Below are positions 47,675-61,520 of a DNA stretch of 64,000 nucleotides, piece after piece (the stretch's first letter is position 1; each line of letters opens with the position of its first letter). Below the pieces are notes generated by a model. It made no database searches. It was not told where the DNA came from and was given only the letters and a program-made list of their open reading frames with translations. The translations under genes and the position numbers were made by a program. The stretch is from positions 1 through 64,000 of the forward strand of contig CAXHJY010001044.1 of assembly GCA_964016885.1 (NCBI GenBank). Reading direction: 5' to 3'. Origin of the DNA: Eledone cirrhosa. Taxonomy: Eukaryota.

Positions 47675-47678
<4 letters not shown>

Positions 47679-48133
47679 AAAATACGTATTTAAGAAAGCC
47701 ACAACAATGTAAAGGGAAATCTCGAGGTAGGAAGTGAAATATAGATAGGAAAAACAGGTGAAAGTGAAAATTGAGAGAGACAAAGATGAAAACAAAACAA
47801 AGGTGGAAGGGTTACCGTAGTAGAGATTTAATCCCAATATTTTGGGCTCACGCCCATCAACGGGGGAATTCCTGGCATTCCTGTCTTAACGACATCACAA
47901 CTTTCTCCGCTTGGCCTGTTTCCCCCCTTTTGGAACTTCTTCCCCCGTTGATGGGCGTGAGCCCGATATATTGGGATTAAATCTCTACTACGGTAACCCT
48001 TCCACCTTTGTTTTGTTTTCATCTTTGTCTCTCTCAATTTTCACTTTCACCTGTTTTTCCTATCTATATTTCACTTCCTACCTCGAGATTTCCCTTTACA
48101 TTGTTGTGGCTTTCTTAAATACGTATTTTTACA
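47675..48133. mobile_element. Near-perfect fold-back: ~194-bp inverted arms, ~71-bp spacer, decayed hammerhead at the inner arm ends (Penelope pLTR-like)
   Basis: Arms lie at 47675-47868 and 47940-48133, and ORFs on the two strands give near-identical peptides. Inner motif TCCC-CCGTTGA-TGGGC-GTGA-GCCC-(G/A)A(A/T)A-TATT-GGGA. Confidence 0.8.
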
Positions 48134-48307
48134 CATTTCACAATGCTTCAAGCAAACTTTAACACCCTCATATATATATGTATATATATATATATATGTG
48201 TATATATATATATATATATGTGTATATATATATATATATATTATATATATGTATATATATATATATGTGTATATATATATATATATGTGTATATATATAT
48301 ATATGTG

Positions 48308-48340
<33 letters not shown>

Positions 48341-49072
48341 ATACACGCATAAAAACAAGCATGTAGGTGGCTGAAGACAAACGTGCTTTTCTTCCCATAT
48401 CTTTTACTTTCTTACCATATCTCACTTTCTATCTTACTATTTATCCTTTTATTTCCCATTCTATTTTTGGGTGAAGGAGCAGTGTCTGAAACGTTAAGCC
48501 TTTTCCAGCTCTATCAATAATTAAAACCTTTCCAAGTCAACAACAACGTAGGAGTGTTCTACGTGAGCAGCTTCTGTAGATTATGGCAAATATTTATTAA
48601 TCCATCTTCCAATGTATATTGTATAAGTGTTTCTTAGCTGTAACATTTTGCAGCTAATGTAATGATGTAAGGGAAGCTCTTTATAGAAGATTGATGCGGG
48701 TTAATACTTAGATTAAAGAAGTTTATAGGAGTTACCGGATACATGAATAATAATATGACGAAGAAAAATTTAATTTAATGGACTGAATATGTCGTGCATT
48801 TTCTTTTACTTGGTTAGTATAGAGAATGGCTTACTAGCTCTATACGGACATTTAACTTGTTTAAATAAATAAATATATTGTTTCTTACTCCTCCAACAAT
48901 ATACAGTTAATCTTGTGTGGTAAATATATCTATATATATATATATATCTATCTATATATATATATATATGTGTGTGTGTGAAGTAATTCCGTCGGAAAGG
49001 TCCAGGAAATAAGAGTGCTCTATGTAGGTTACAGAGCTTAATAGTTATGTAATAAACAACATAAGATAATTA

Positions 49073-49132
49073 TTTCATTCACCAGTGGTTTCTTGAAAGC
49101 AAACAAATCTGCTTTCAGTCATCAGAATGAAA
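49073..49132 (-). ncRNA. Type I hammerhead fold with a non-canonical GUG cleavage triplet
   Basis: Minus strand reads TTTCATT-CTGATGA-CTGAAAGCAGA-TTTG-TTTGCTTTCAA-GAAACCACTGGTG-AATGAAA. All three helices pair. Confidence 0.75.
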
Positions 49133-49254
49133 AAAATCCTGGTGTTTTTATTTCACTCTATTTAGTTCTACACCTCGATACAGACGTGAACCTAAACATC
49201 GACTGCTCCCCCGGGTGAACCTGCAGTAACTCCGCGTTACACTCCCTGGATATA

Positions 49255-49384
<130 letters not shown>

Positions 49385-49769
49385 TGAGAGAATATGCTCC
49401 GAAATCATTGGACGTGTCCGTCGAACCTGCGGGTCCAGAATCAAACAGATCCACACAATGATCGCGTCTCGAGCTGTCCGCCTGGAAAACAATCGTAACA
49501 CAATAAATCGAGTTCAGATGCATCACAGATCTTTCGTTTTCGATTCTATCATACTCTGCTCTTTAAGAGCATAGAGTGCTCAACCGGCATACCGCCTATG
49601 GAAGCATCTTCGCTACCATCAGACACACACACACAACACACACACAACACACATGCACACACACATATATATAAACATATATATATATATATATGTATTG
49701 AAATTTCCGTTGAAAACAGAAAAGGTCATAGAAGTGAAGAGTGCTCTATGTAAGTACCAGAGCAAAATT

Positions 49770-49971
49770 TAATGTATAAAACTCAATACAATATAATTAC
49801 CTCATTACCAGAGGTTTCCCGAATGAGGCGAATACGAAAGAAACGTCTTCATTCGTTCGTCAGACGAGGCAATATATCTGACGAACGAATGAAGACGTTT
49901 CTTTCCTATTCGCCTCATTCGGGAAACCTCTGGTAATGAGGTAATTATATTGTATTGATTTTTATACATTA
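49770..49971. mobile_element. Inverted repeat carrying two divergent hammerheads (Penelope-type inverted pLTR)
   Basis: ~95-bp arms mirrored around a ~12-bp spacer (CGAGGCAATATA). Confidence 0.82.
49796..49873 (-). ncRNA. Intact type I hammerhead ribozyme
   Basis: Minus strand: 10-bp helix I ATTGCCTCGT/ATGAGGTAAT (two G-U pairs), core CTGACGA, helix II CGAATGA/TCATTCG, then GAAACC-TCT-GGTA with a GUA triplet. Confidence 0.85.
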
Positions 49972-50293
49972 TATATATATATATATACATACGAGGTCCG
50001 AACACAATGGAAACAAACTCCCATGGTCTTCGTCTTTCCGTCTCTCCCAATCTCTCAATATTATTAGCAAATAGGCGCCCAACTTTGGGAGGCAGGCGAT
50101 GTATTGTTCTATAGAGAAGTGCATACAAAACTATATATTTTATGTTGGAAAATTTTGCTTGTGAAATTTCGTAGAAACTTCTATATTAGATCGAGTTGAT
50201 TCGCTGTGGGAAGAGATAAGAGAGAAAGTATATAGAGGCAAATACTAAGATGGGAGAAGTATGTAGGAGGGAAGTTAGAGTTGAGAGAATAAT

Positions 50294-50462
50294 TGTTTCT
50301 ACTTTAGGCACAAGGCCAGCAATTACGCAGTGTATTACTGACCCCGTAAGGATGAAAGGCAAAGTTAACCTCGGCGGGATTTGAACTCAGACCGTAAAGG
50401 GACGTAACTATGCTGGAAAGCATGGCGTCCGACTCTCTACCGATACTGCCAATCCACCGCCC
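50294..50462 (-). mobile_element. tRNA-derived SINE with a small internal deletion
   Basis: Same family as 5835. 18-bp TSD TAGAGTTGAGAGAATAAT at 50276-50293 and 50463-50480. Confidence 0.88.
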
Positions 50463-51120
50463 TAGAGTTGAGAGAATAATATTTAATGGTAAGTAGGGCG
50501 AGAGTGAGAGAGATATGGAAGAGGGGGGGGGAGTAGAGAATGTAAGAAAGTGTGAGTTGGGTGGAGAGGAAGGATCTTGGAGGAAGTAGTGTGAGGGGGA
50601 GATGTAATATTTTGTAGTAAGAAATAAGGCCGGTTGGTATAGAAGGGTAATGGTGTTAGTGGTGGTGGTAGGGGTGTTAGTTGTAGTGGTGTTCGTAGTA
50701 GTGGTAGTGGTGGTAGGGGTGTTAGTTGTAGTGTTGTTCGTAGTAGTGGTGGTAGTGGTAATGGTTGTAATGGTGGTGATGGTGATATTGGTGGTAGTGT
50801 TGGTAGTGGTATTGGTGGTGGCGGTGGTGGTTCTGATGCGGAGCAGGTCAAGTAAATTAAATCCATTTTTAGCACTTTTATTGTAGAGGGCATGAGTCAC
50901 TAGGTCACGGTAATGGATCAGCAAACAATATTGTTATACGTAATATATACACATACATATATGATACATATAGATATATATGTGTTTGTGTATGTATCTA
51001 TTCATATGTATATATATATTATATATATATATATATATAATATGTGTGTTTGTGTATGTATATATTTATATATATATATTATATATATATATATATAATA
51101 TGTGTGTTTGTGTATGTATA

Positions 51121-51167
<47 letters not shown>

Positions 51168-52248
51168 TTGGTTCCTTAAAGTATTCTATGCTAAGCAATA
51201 AAACATGAGAGATGCCTGTGATATTGTATAGCTGGAGATCTAAAGTGTTTTTATCTATAGAAAAAAAAAGTCCAATCAATAAATGTACCGTCCAATAAAT
51301 GTCTAACATTTCTCCAGCAATCTCAGTATTGTTTATTTCTAATATTGACTGAGAGCCATAGATTCCTGAGTAGGGGCACAGTCGATTAAATTTTGATAGT
51401 ACACATTTATCGATACCAACAATCACGAAAGCCAATTGGTGATCCCGAAGGGATTTGAAATCAAAACATAAATTGTTGTAATTAAAAATACCCGCTAGTC
51501 ATTTAATTTGGCACTCTACCGATTCTGCTTCCTCATCCATCCTAATATATATATATTTTTTATCTTTGTACTATTAATGTCTAATGCAGACACAAAGTCG
51601 GCAAATTGGCAGAGTCGTTAGAGCGTTCGATAGATTAACATGAGGTCTTAGTTTTGTCTGTCTATACTCTACACTCAAGTCTTCGTTTTTACCCTTTCGC
51701 TGTATTTTGGTGTCGATTAATAAAGAAACTGTCCAGGGTTGTAAATTGGCGAAATATGAAGAGCATCGGATGTGATTCATTGTGCCTAGTTTGGATATTT
51801 ATTTTCTTAGTTGAAATTCCGTCTAGGGGCAAAGATCCAAATCAATCGATACCAATACTTCAGTTTATTCCATCGTCCATGGGATAATGAAACATAATGT
51901 GGACATTATCGGGACTTGAACTGTAATTGTAAATTACTACCACAAAGCAACACATGAGAAATAATGTATCAACCCCGGATAGATTGAAATAGACTTAGCT
52001 GTCGGCAAAATACGAAGTCAGTCTAGAATATAGAAAAGTTGTTTAAGCGATGTTTAAAGGCGATTCGTTCCAAACTCAGGAAACTCGATTAAACAAACCA
52101 GTCAGTTATCTTTCTCGGGTTAATAACATAAGAAATATTTCCGAAATGGAGTGCTACTGGTTGATGGTGAGTCTGAAAGAGAGATAAGAAAGCGAGGGGA
52201 AAAAGAGAGCAATCGTTGTAATGACCGGACTGGTATTAATTAATGAAA

Positions 52249-52432
52249 TTGGCTATTGGCAGTATCGGTAGAGGGTCGGACGCTATGCTTTGACGCATAG
52301 AGTTACGGCCCTTGCCATTCTAAGTTCAAATCCTGCCGAGGTTAATTTTGCCTTTCATCCTTACGGGGTCGATAGAATAAAGTACCAGTAATGCACTGGG
52401 TAATTGCTGGCCTTGTGCCAAAAGTAGAAACA
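52249..52432 (+). mobile_element. tRNA-derived SINE
   Basis: Same family. 14-bp TSD ATTAATTAATGAAA at 52235-52248 and 52433-52446. Confidence 0.88.
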
Positions 52433-53003
52433 ATTAATTAATGAAACAAAAAAGAATGATGGTAAATTAGGCCTGAACAGAATCTCAAGTCTGAATATGA
52501 CATTGATAAAAAACAAGCAATTCTATGAGAGCCGTATATTATACAAGACATGCCATATACATATTCAACTTAGAAAGACATTTCAAAACAAAGACAGAAG
52601 AGATACTAGTATGTTAAGACATTGAATACGTCACAGATAAAAAGTGCACATCTACGACATCAGATTTAATTTAAGATGTTATCGAATTTTCGATTTAAAT
52701 TCGGAAAATTGTCGATACACACATAAAAAGAAGAGACGTTTCTTATTTGATATATACTGTTTCTTGTTTTTTGCGGTTTAAAGAATATTCATGAAAAAGT
52801 ATCTCAGAAAGAATGGAGAAATGCCAGCAGTTTCGTTTTATTTTTCTACAATAAGATGAACTAATAAAGATTCAATGTAAATTCTGTATCAATTGTTTTG
52901 TTTTGATGTGGAAACAACTGAGTGGAAAACAGAGAAAGGTAATTAAAGGAAATAAGATTATATGTGTGTAGGTGTATGTAGTCATCTCTCTCTCTCTCTC
53001 TCT

Positions 53004-53196
53004 GTATGTATGTATGTATGTATGTATGTATGTATGTATGTATGTATGTATGTATGTATGTATGTATGTATGTATGTATGTATGTATGTATGTATGTATG
53101 TATGTATGTATGTATGTATGTATGTATGTATGTATGTATGTATGTATGTATGTATGTATGTATGTATGTATGTATGTATGTATGTATGTATGTATG
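53004..53196. repeat. Perfect (TATG)n microsatellite
   Basis: Directly visible. Confidence 0.97.
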
Positions 53197-53874
53197 GGTG
53201 GTGCTATCAAGTTAAGCATGAAAATATCAAGTTAAACATGCAATTCTGCTCGAAACATATATATATATATATATATATATATGTGAATTAACGTGACGAC
53301 ATGGGTTGGTTACATAATCGTATTTATTGGATAATACGTATTTTGGTGATACCAGTGTATGCAATTATGTGATAACAACTAATGATGTCACAACTGTAAC
53401 ATTTGCTGTTGTAATGATTGCATAGCACCGGTAACCTGGTGTCGCTGAAATACATTTTATGAAATAATGACGATTATGGAAACATGTGTCTTAACGTTAA
53501 TTCATACATACAACACAATCATTGCCGCATTTAGTTTATGACTTTCTACGTTCTGAGTTAAAATCCCACCGAGATAAAATATGTACCAGTTTTGTACTGG
53601 CGTTGATACAATCGACTTTCTCTTTTTTCCTAAACTGTTGTCCTTGTACTTATGTTAAAAATACTTATTTGTTTAAAACTTCATTTATATTCCGTCTGCT
53701 TCATATTTAGATAACAGAATGTAAAGAAATAGAAATGTTAGTCAAATATAGCAAAGCAATAAATACAGAAATATATGATATAAAAAGATATATATTTATA
53801 ATATTTGTTATATCTCCCAACTAATCCATGTTTCCGTCGAGGCAATATAAATGTTAGAAACATAATATTAATGT

Positions 53875-54080
53875 TGCTTTCTAATTTTAACACAAGACCA
53901 GAATTTATTTTCTAGAGACAGGAAATTCGATTATATCGACCCCAGTACTTGACTTGGTATTTTATTTTATTGAACCCAGAAGGATGAAAGGTAAAGTTGA
54001 CTCGGTGGGATTAGGATTGAGTATGTAATGAGTTGGAATAAATACAGGGATGTATTTTTCTCCGATACACTAACGACTTT
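53875..54080 (-). mobile_element. Old diverged SINE copy (other degraded copies at ~10095-10220, 51360-51530, 51595-51750 and 53520-53650)
   Basis: ATCGACCCCAGTACTTGACTTGGTA..TTATTTTATTGAACCCAGAAGGATGAAAGGTAAAGTTGAC core. Confidence 0.65.
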
Positions 54081-54942
54081 GGTGTGAATCTATCGACATT
54101 TCCATTCCAATAGTAATAACAGTTTTGTCTATACTAGTTTCCTTAACGAGGTACTGTTCTAGTATGGTTGTCTGATATGTTAAGTTCACAGAACTTCAAC
54201 GTGTGTCTAATAAAACTCCCAACCACCCTACTAACCACATGCCATTACTTTTATTGAAATTAAACGTTGCAGATCCAAATCTTCTGCAGAACTGTTTTAT
54301 ACACGTCTTTTGACCGCTAATAATAATAATACTAATAATAATTGAAGAAAAAGAACAGTAACAACATCAACAACAATATCTCAGTTAATCTGTCTTTACT
54401 TTCCTTTACTTTATATATATATATTATTTTATTTTTTTATCTTACTTAATCACTAAGTGTATGAAATATCAACAGACAAAATATAAAAGGAATTGCTGCC
54501 TTTGAATTAATTTGTCTCATATGATTTGTTTCCCTTCAAGACAGGAAACGAGGAGGTATTCATTAATAAAGATTACCATATGAAAATATTTCTAGAATCA
54601 AACAAATTCAAATTTGTTTATCTTTAATATTTATAGATGTGTCCGTTTATTTGAAGTAGTAGAGTTTCTACTAACAAACTAAGTCGTTTAACTGCTTTTT
54701 ATAGAGTTTATGTTGATGAGTTGGTTTTGCAATGAAAAAAAGAAAAGTCGTTATAAGTTTTGTTACATAAATCTGAAAATCTGATTGGAAACGTAGAAAT
54801 GTTTTTGTTGTTGTTGTTGTTGCTGTTGTAAACAGACGACATGTCTACCTTCCGATATCCATATATACAGGAGGGGTTTCTGCACAGTAACCATCTAATA
54901 AATCCCACATGTAAATATTTAAGGTATTAAATTGTCCAAACA

Positions 54943-55890
54943 CAATGGTAGTGTATACACCCGCAATGGTAGTGTATACACCCGCAATGGTAGTGTATAC
55001 ACCCGCAATGGTAGTGTATACACCCCCAATGGTAGTGTATACACCCGCAATGGTAGTGTATACACCCGCAATGGTAGTGTATACACCCCCAATGGTAGTG
55101 TATACACCCCCAATGGTAGTGTATACACCCGCAATGGTAGTGTATACACCCGCAATGGTAGTGTATACACCCCCAATGGTAGTGTATACACCCGCAATGG
55201 TAGTGTATACACCCGCAATGGTAGTGTATACACCCCAATGGTAGTGTATACACCCGCAATGGTAGTGTATACACCCCCAATGGTAGTGTATACACCCGCA
55301 ATGGTAGTGTATACACCCGCAATGGTAGTGTATACACCCGCAATGGTAGTGTATACACCCGCAATGGTAGTGTATACACCCGCAATGGTAGTGTATACAC
55401 CCCCAATGGTAGTGTATACACCCGCAATGGTAGTGTATACACCCGCAATGGTAGTGTATACACCCCCAATGGTAGTGTATACACACCCAATGGTAGTGTA
55501 TACACCCCCAATGGTAGTGTATACACCCGCAATGGTAGTGTATACACCCGCAATGGTAGTGTATACACCCGCAATGGTAGTGTATACACCCCCAATGGTA
55601 GTGTATACACCCGCAATGGTAGTGTATACACCCGCAATGGTAGTGTATACACCCGCAATGGTAGTGTATACACCCGCAATGGTAGTGTATACACCCGCAA
55701 TGGTAGTGTATACACCCCCAATGGTAGTGTATACACCCGCAATGGTAGTATATACACCCGCAATGGTAGTGTATACACCCCCAATGGTAGTGTATACACC
55801 CGCAATGGTAGTGTATACACCCGCAATGGTAGTGTATACACCCGCAATGGTAGTGTATACACCCCCAATGGTAGTGTATACACACCCAAT
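54943..55890. repeat. 21-bp minisatellite (CAATGGTAGTGTATACACCCS)n, about 45 copies, with internal palindrome GTGTATACAC
   Basis: Directly visible; units differ mainly by G or C at one position. Confidence 0.97.
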
Positions 55891-56045
55891 AGACTAACAG
55901 CAGGAACCGTGTGTTGTGACAACAGCAACCTTCAGAGTTCAGGTTGTTGCTCTATGTTGTACACATCATTATCAATAACTATATACACACGTGTATATAG
56001 TTATGTATGAACATATATTTCGTTCTGTGTGTGCGCGTGTATATG

Positions 56046-56088
<43 letters not shown>

Positions 56089-56135
56089 ACTTCAGAAATA
56101 GTACAGAGGAGGATATATATAATATATATATAGAA

Positions 56136-56177
<42 letters not shown>

Positions 56178-56441
56178 ACGCACACGCACGCACGCGCACG
56201 CACGCGCACACGCACACGCACACGCACACGCACACGCACACATGTGAAGCCACTTCAGACATAGTACATAGGAGGAGATAAGTCAATCGATAAAACAAAC
56301 ATCAAACATAAACATTGTAAGAACATTTGACCTCGGAAGAAAGAAATAATGACACAGAATTATACAAAAATATAGCAAAAATTTATAAATAACAAACATA
56401 CATAACTAAAAAAACCCAGACATTTACACACACACACACAC

Positions 56442-56477
<36 letters not shown>

Positions 56478-56492
56478 GTGTGTGTGTATTTC

Positions 56493-56523
<31 letters not shown>

Positions 56524-56578
56524 ATATATATATATATACATATATATGTGTATATATATATATATACATATATATGTG

Positions 56579-56614
<36 letters not shown>

Positions 56615-57727
56615 TATATATGTGTATATATATATATATGTATATATATAAAGCATAAATATAAAATAAAGAAAAATATTAAATAAATTATTTCTGGATG
56701 TCTTTTTATTTTGTTTAGACACACACACATACACACACACATACACGCACACATACACGCACACACGCACAAACACACACAAACACATACACGCACACAC
56801 ATACACGCACAAAGACACACACACACACATACACGCGCACGTACACGCACATGTACTGGTTGGTTTGAGTGGGTGAGATTGCAGTGATATAAGCACGTGT
56901 ACATGTGTGATACGGCAGCAGTGTGCTGATCTGTGTGTATGTATGTTGATATATATATACATGTCAACGTGATGTTTATGTGTTGATCTGTGCGTATATG
57001 TGTTGATGTATATATATATATATATATATATATTAATGTGTATGTATATATAATGATGTGTTTATGTATATGTGGAGGCTGTGTATATTCTATGTATATA
57101 TTGATGTCTGTGAGTGTGAGTAGGTGTATAGCATATTGTTGATATGTGTGTGGGGATGTATGTGGCTGTGCTGTTGTATGAGTGTATGTTTATGTGGTGC
57201 TGTGTATGTGTGTAGTTCTGTGCTGCTGTGTGTGTGTGTAGTTGTGTGGTGCTGTGTATGTGTACATGTGTTTATATGGAACGTTTTGTTATTGTGAGGC
57301 GCTGTGCTGTTGTATGAGTGTATGTTTATGTGGTGCTATGTGTGTGTGTGTAGTTGTGTGGTACTGAGTGTGTGTGTGTGTAGTTGTGTGATACTGTGTG
57401 TGTGTGTGTGTTCATTTGTTTTTCTAGTGTTGTCTTGGTATTGTGTGTGTGTTTGTGAGCTTGTATATGTGTGTGTGTGTGTGTGTGTGTGCGATGTTGT
57501 ACGTGGGTTGAGATAATTAAAATACGTTTTTGTGGTGGTGTAGTGTGGTGGTGGGCGTAGTGGTGTAGTGTGGTGGTGTGGTGTGGTGTAGGGTGGTGGT
57601 GTAGTGTGGTGGGTAGTCATGGGTGAGATGTTCAGCTCTGTGTGTATATGTGGTTTTGCATTTCTGTGAATAAATTCTTGTGAGGCTTGCGATAAATTTG
57701 GTATCGTTTACGAAACACTACCCCCTC

Positions 57728-57763
<36 letters not shown>

Positions 57764-57796
57764 CTTACATATGTCTATACATACATGCAGACACTC

Positions 57797-57838
<42 letters not shown>

Positions 57839-57992
57839 GAGTGTCTGCATATATGTATAAACATACGTAAGTATGTGTGTATGCGTGAGATGGTAAATAT
57901 ATCAATGTATGTGTGTGAAAAATCCTACAGATAGCAACACCAACTCACAAATGAGGTTACATAATACAATATATATATATATATATATATAT

Positions 57993-59109
57993 AGTTAGAG
58001 AAGCAAAAAATTGCTTATTGTGATCCAGTTCGTGGTTAATAAAACCAATTTCATGGTTGGTTTCAACGTACGGTTAGGGGTAACTCCCCAAGTTTGTAAG
58101 AATTCCGTTCAATCTTGGAGTATAAAGTATAAAAGAGAAAACACAGGTAAGCATTAAGAGAAGGATTTTATCCAGGTATTTACGACCGTTTCATTGGTAA
58201 GTGCAACCTTATATTGCTATACTGCAAATAGCAGCCACTCAATTATAATTGTTGTTCACAGTCCAAATTTTCAAAATAGTGAGTAAGTTACTCTTCAAAT
58301 AATTCTTAATATATAGAGAAAAACATTTATTTGGAATTGTATTTACTAGTATATAGAGAGAGGAATCAGGTGAGGGGACAAATGGAATAGTATAGAGAGA
58401 GAGGAAGGGAGAGGAGGTAGGAAGTAGAGTGACAAACTGAGATGGAGGGAGAGGTAGAGGTGGAAGGATTCTTTGGTTCGTTTTGATAGCAGACTTCATG
58501 TCGTGGAATGTAGTGAGTTAAAGAGAATTAAATTGATCATAGTGGGAGGGGTAGATAGAGAGGGAGAGAGAGAGGGGGAGATATAAAGAGATAAATATAT
58601 ATACATATATATATATAAAAAATAAATAAATAAAGATAATAATGACAAAAATAAAAGCAAAGAAGGGGGTGAGAAAGAAGAAAAGAAAAGATAGCCAAGA
58701 AGGGGAGGGAAGGAAGGAAGAAAACGAAGAAATAGAAGAGGAATGAGAGAGAAGAGAGAGATATATGCATTGGTTTTGTGGGTAATTAAAAGGGTTTAGA
58801 TACAACAAGAGGGTATAAAGTCTAAGTATATGCAGATTGTCAGTTGGTAGTAAGAGGTTAAGGGTTCGATTTGTAGTGCGAAAACTTCTTTGAGTTACAA
58901 TAAATTGATCTTTCGATTTTATTGTTGAGTAACTTATTCTTCGAACTCAAGATGTGGAACAGCTCAAGGTCGCATAATCGACAGCTTCTCATACCACTCC
59001 GATATGGGGGCGCGTTCGATAATTTTTTCCACTTCAGGGTGTATTGATGGTTACTTTCCCTCAGTTGCCAGGTCTTGTTTGCAAGGGTAGTTACATAACG
59101 ATGCTGCAC
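57993..59109 (-). mobile_element. 5'-truncated Penelope-like element: GIY-YIG endonuclease C-terminus, 3' UTR and decayed hammerhead
   Basis: ORF 58858-59109 (TTLANKTWQLRE..YTLKWK..SNAPPY..GMRSCRLCDLE..HIL....LLNNKIE....C) matches the PLE endonuclease tail (T.LS..IW.LK...IKW..CxLC..E..LN...E...C). Downstream on the minus strand is TATT-TTGAAAA-TTTGG..CCAAT-GAAACGGTCGTA-AATA (58177-58278). Confidence 0.75.
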
Positions 59110-59506
59110 TGTCCACTACACGGTCCACCCTCACTCACGCCAAATCATATAATAGGTTATAACACCATATAATTCTCTACCACTTTTAATATTTCCATAA
59201 CACAGTTAAATGACGAAAATATTTATTTGAACAACATATTATGCTGACCAGGACTACCATGTTGCTTGTTTATTTCCTTTCTTTGGTTTGCTTTTATCCT
59301 TCTATGTTGTTCACTTGTCCCCCTCGCTTTACACGATTTACTGGTCCCAATAACTTTTTTTAGTTATTACTCGCACCAACCTGAGGTATCTGATTTTTAA
59401 TGCGATGAAATACTAATGATGGTCGGAAAATCACTGACGAAGGACTATTTTTATCATATGTAACCTATGTGCAACCACGCAGTATTCTTCTTTCTGCTCA
59501 TGTTTT

Positions 59507-59537
<31 letters not shown>

Positions 59538-59629
59538 CTATATCTATATATATATAGATATCTCTCTCTCTCTCTCTCTTTTATATATATATATATAGAG
59601 ATAGATAGATATAGATATATACATACACG

Positions 59630-59666
<37 letters not shown>

Positions 59667-60069
59667 ATATACATAAATTGAGTAAAAAGAAAATACAATA
59701 GACGCAAACATGAGAGAGAAAGAGACAGGAAATTACAAGTTCTATTGAAATCGTAGCTAAAGCATATAAAGACCACGTGACATATCTTGTGAATTACTGT
59801 ATGTATATGTAGTGAATCATTCCCATTACATATATATATGCTCATTATAGAATATGTCACCATATAGAGATTACTGCAATATATATATATATGTTTATGT
59901 ATGTATGCGAATGTATGCATGTATATGTATGTATATATATGTATATATATGTATATATATTTATATACAGAGGTGGTCTGTGGTGGAAATCATGAGCAGA
60001 AACCACAGGTGTTCCAGGTTGAATATATATATATTTATATATATTTATATATATATATTTATATATATA

Positions 60070-60113
<44 letters not shown>

Positions 60114-60435
60114 TATATATATAAATATATATATATATTTATATATATTTATATATATATATTTATATATATATATGTGTATATATATTTATATATATAT
60201 ATATACACACACCGAGACAGAGAGATTATCATGGGGTCACATTGACGAATCTGCAGCATCCACATCCACTCACACACACACATAGAGGCCATGAGGGTGT
60301 CGTTATGATTCAAAGACATTTAAAGAGACTTTAAAATATAGACGTTTGAAAGTTGAACATCGCAAGAATACATACATACTGATAAACAAACACACTTGCA
60401 GTCTAATATATCTAGGCTCACACACACACATATAT

Positions 60436-61488
60436 ATAGTATATATATATATATATAATGTATATATATATATATATATAATGTATATATATATATATAT
60501 ATAATGTATATATATATATATATATATAATGTATGTATATATATATATATAATGTATGTATATATATATATATAATGTATATATATATATATATATAATG
60601 TATATATATATATATATATAATGTATATATATATATATATATAATGTATATATATATATATATATAATGTATATATATATATATATAATGTATATATATA
60701 TATATATAATGTATATATATATATATATAATGTATATATATATATATATAATGTATATATATATATATATATAATGTATATATATAATGTATATATATAT
60801 ATATATATAATGTATATATATATATATATAATGTATATATATATATATATAATGTATATATATATATATATATAATGTATATATATATATAATGTATATA
60901 TATATATAATGTATATATATATATATAATGTATATATAATGTATATATATATATATAATGTATATATATATATATATATAATATATATATATATATAATG
61001 TATATATATATATATATAATGTATATATATATATATAATGTATATATATATATATATAATGTATATATATATATATAATGTATATATATATATATATATA
61101 ATGTATATATATATATATATATAATGTATATATATATATATATATAATGTATATATATATATATATATAATGTATATATATATATATATATAATGTATAT
61201 ATATATATATATAATGTATATATATATATATATATAATGTATATATATATATATATATAATGTATATATATATATATATATAATGTATATATATATATAT
61301 ATATATAATGTATATATATATATATATATAATGTCTATATATATATATATATATAATGTCTATATATATATATATATATAATGTATATATATATATATAT
61401 ATAATGTCTATATATATATATATAATGTCTATATATATATATATAATGTCTATATATATATATATAATGTCTATATATATATATATAA

Positions 61489-61520
<32 letters not shown>

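Noticed and set aside
54943-55890. CRISPR-like regular palindromic repeat
   Set aside because: Units are contiguous with no unique spacers, there are no cas genes, and the context is eukaryotic.
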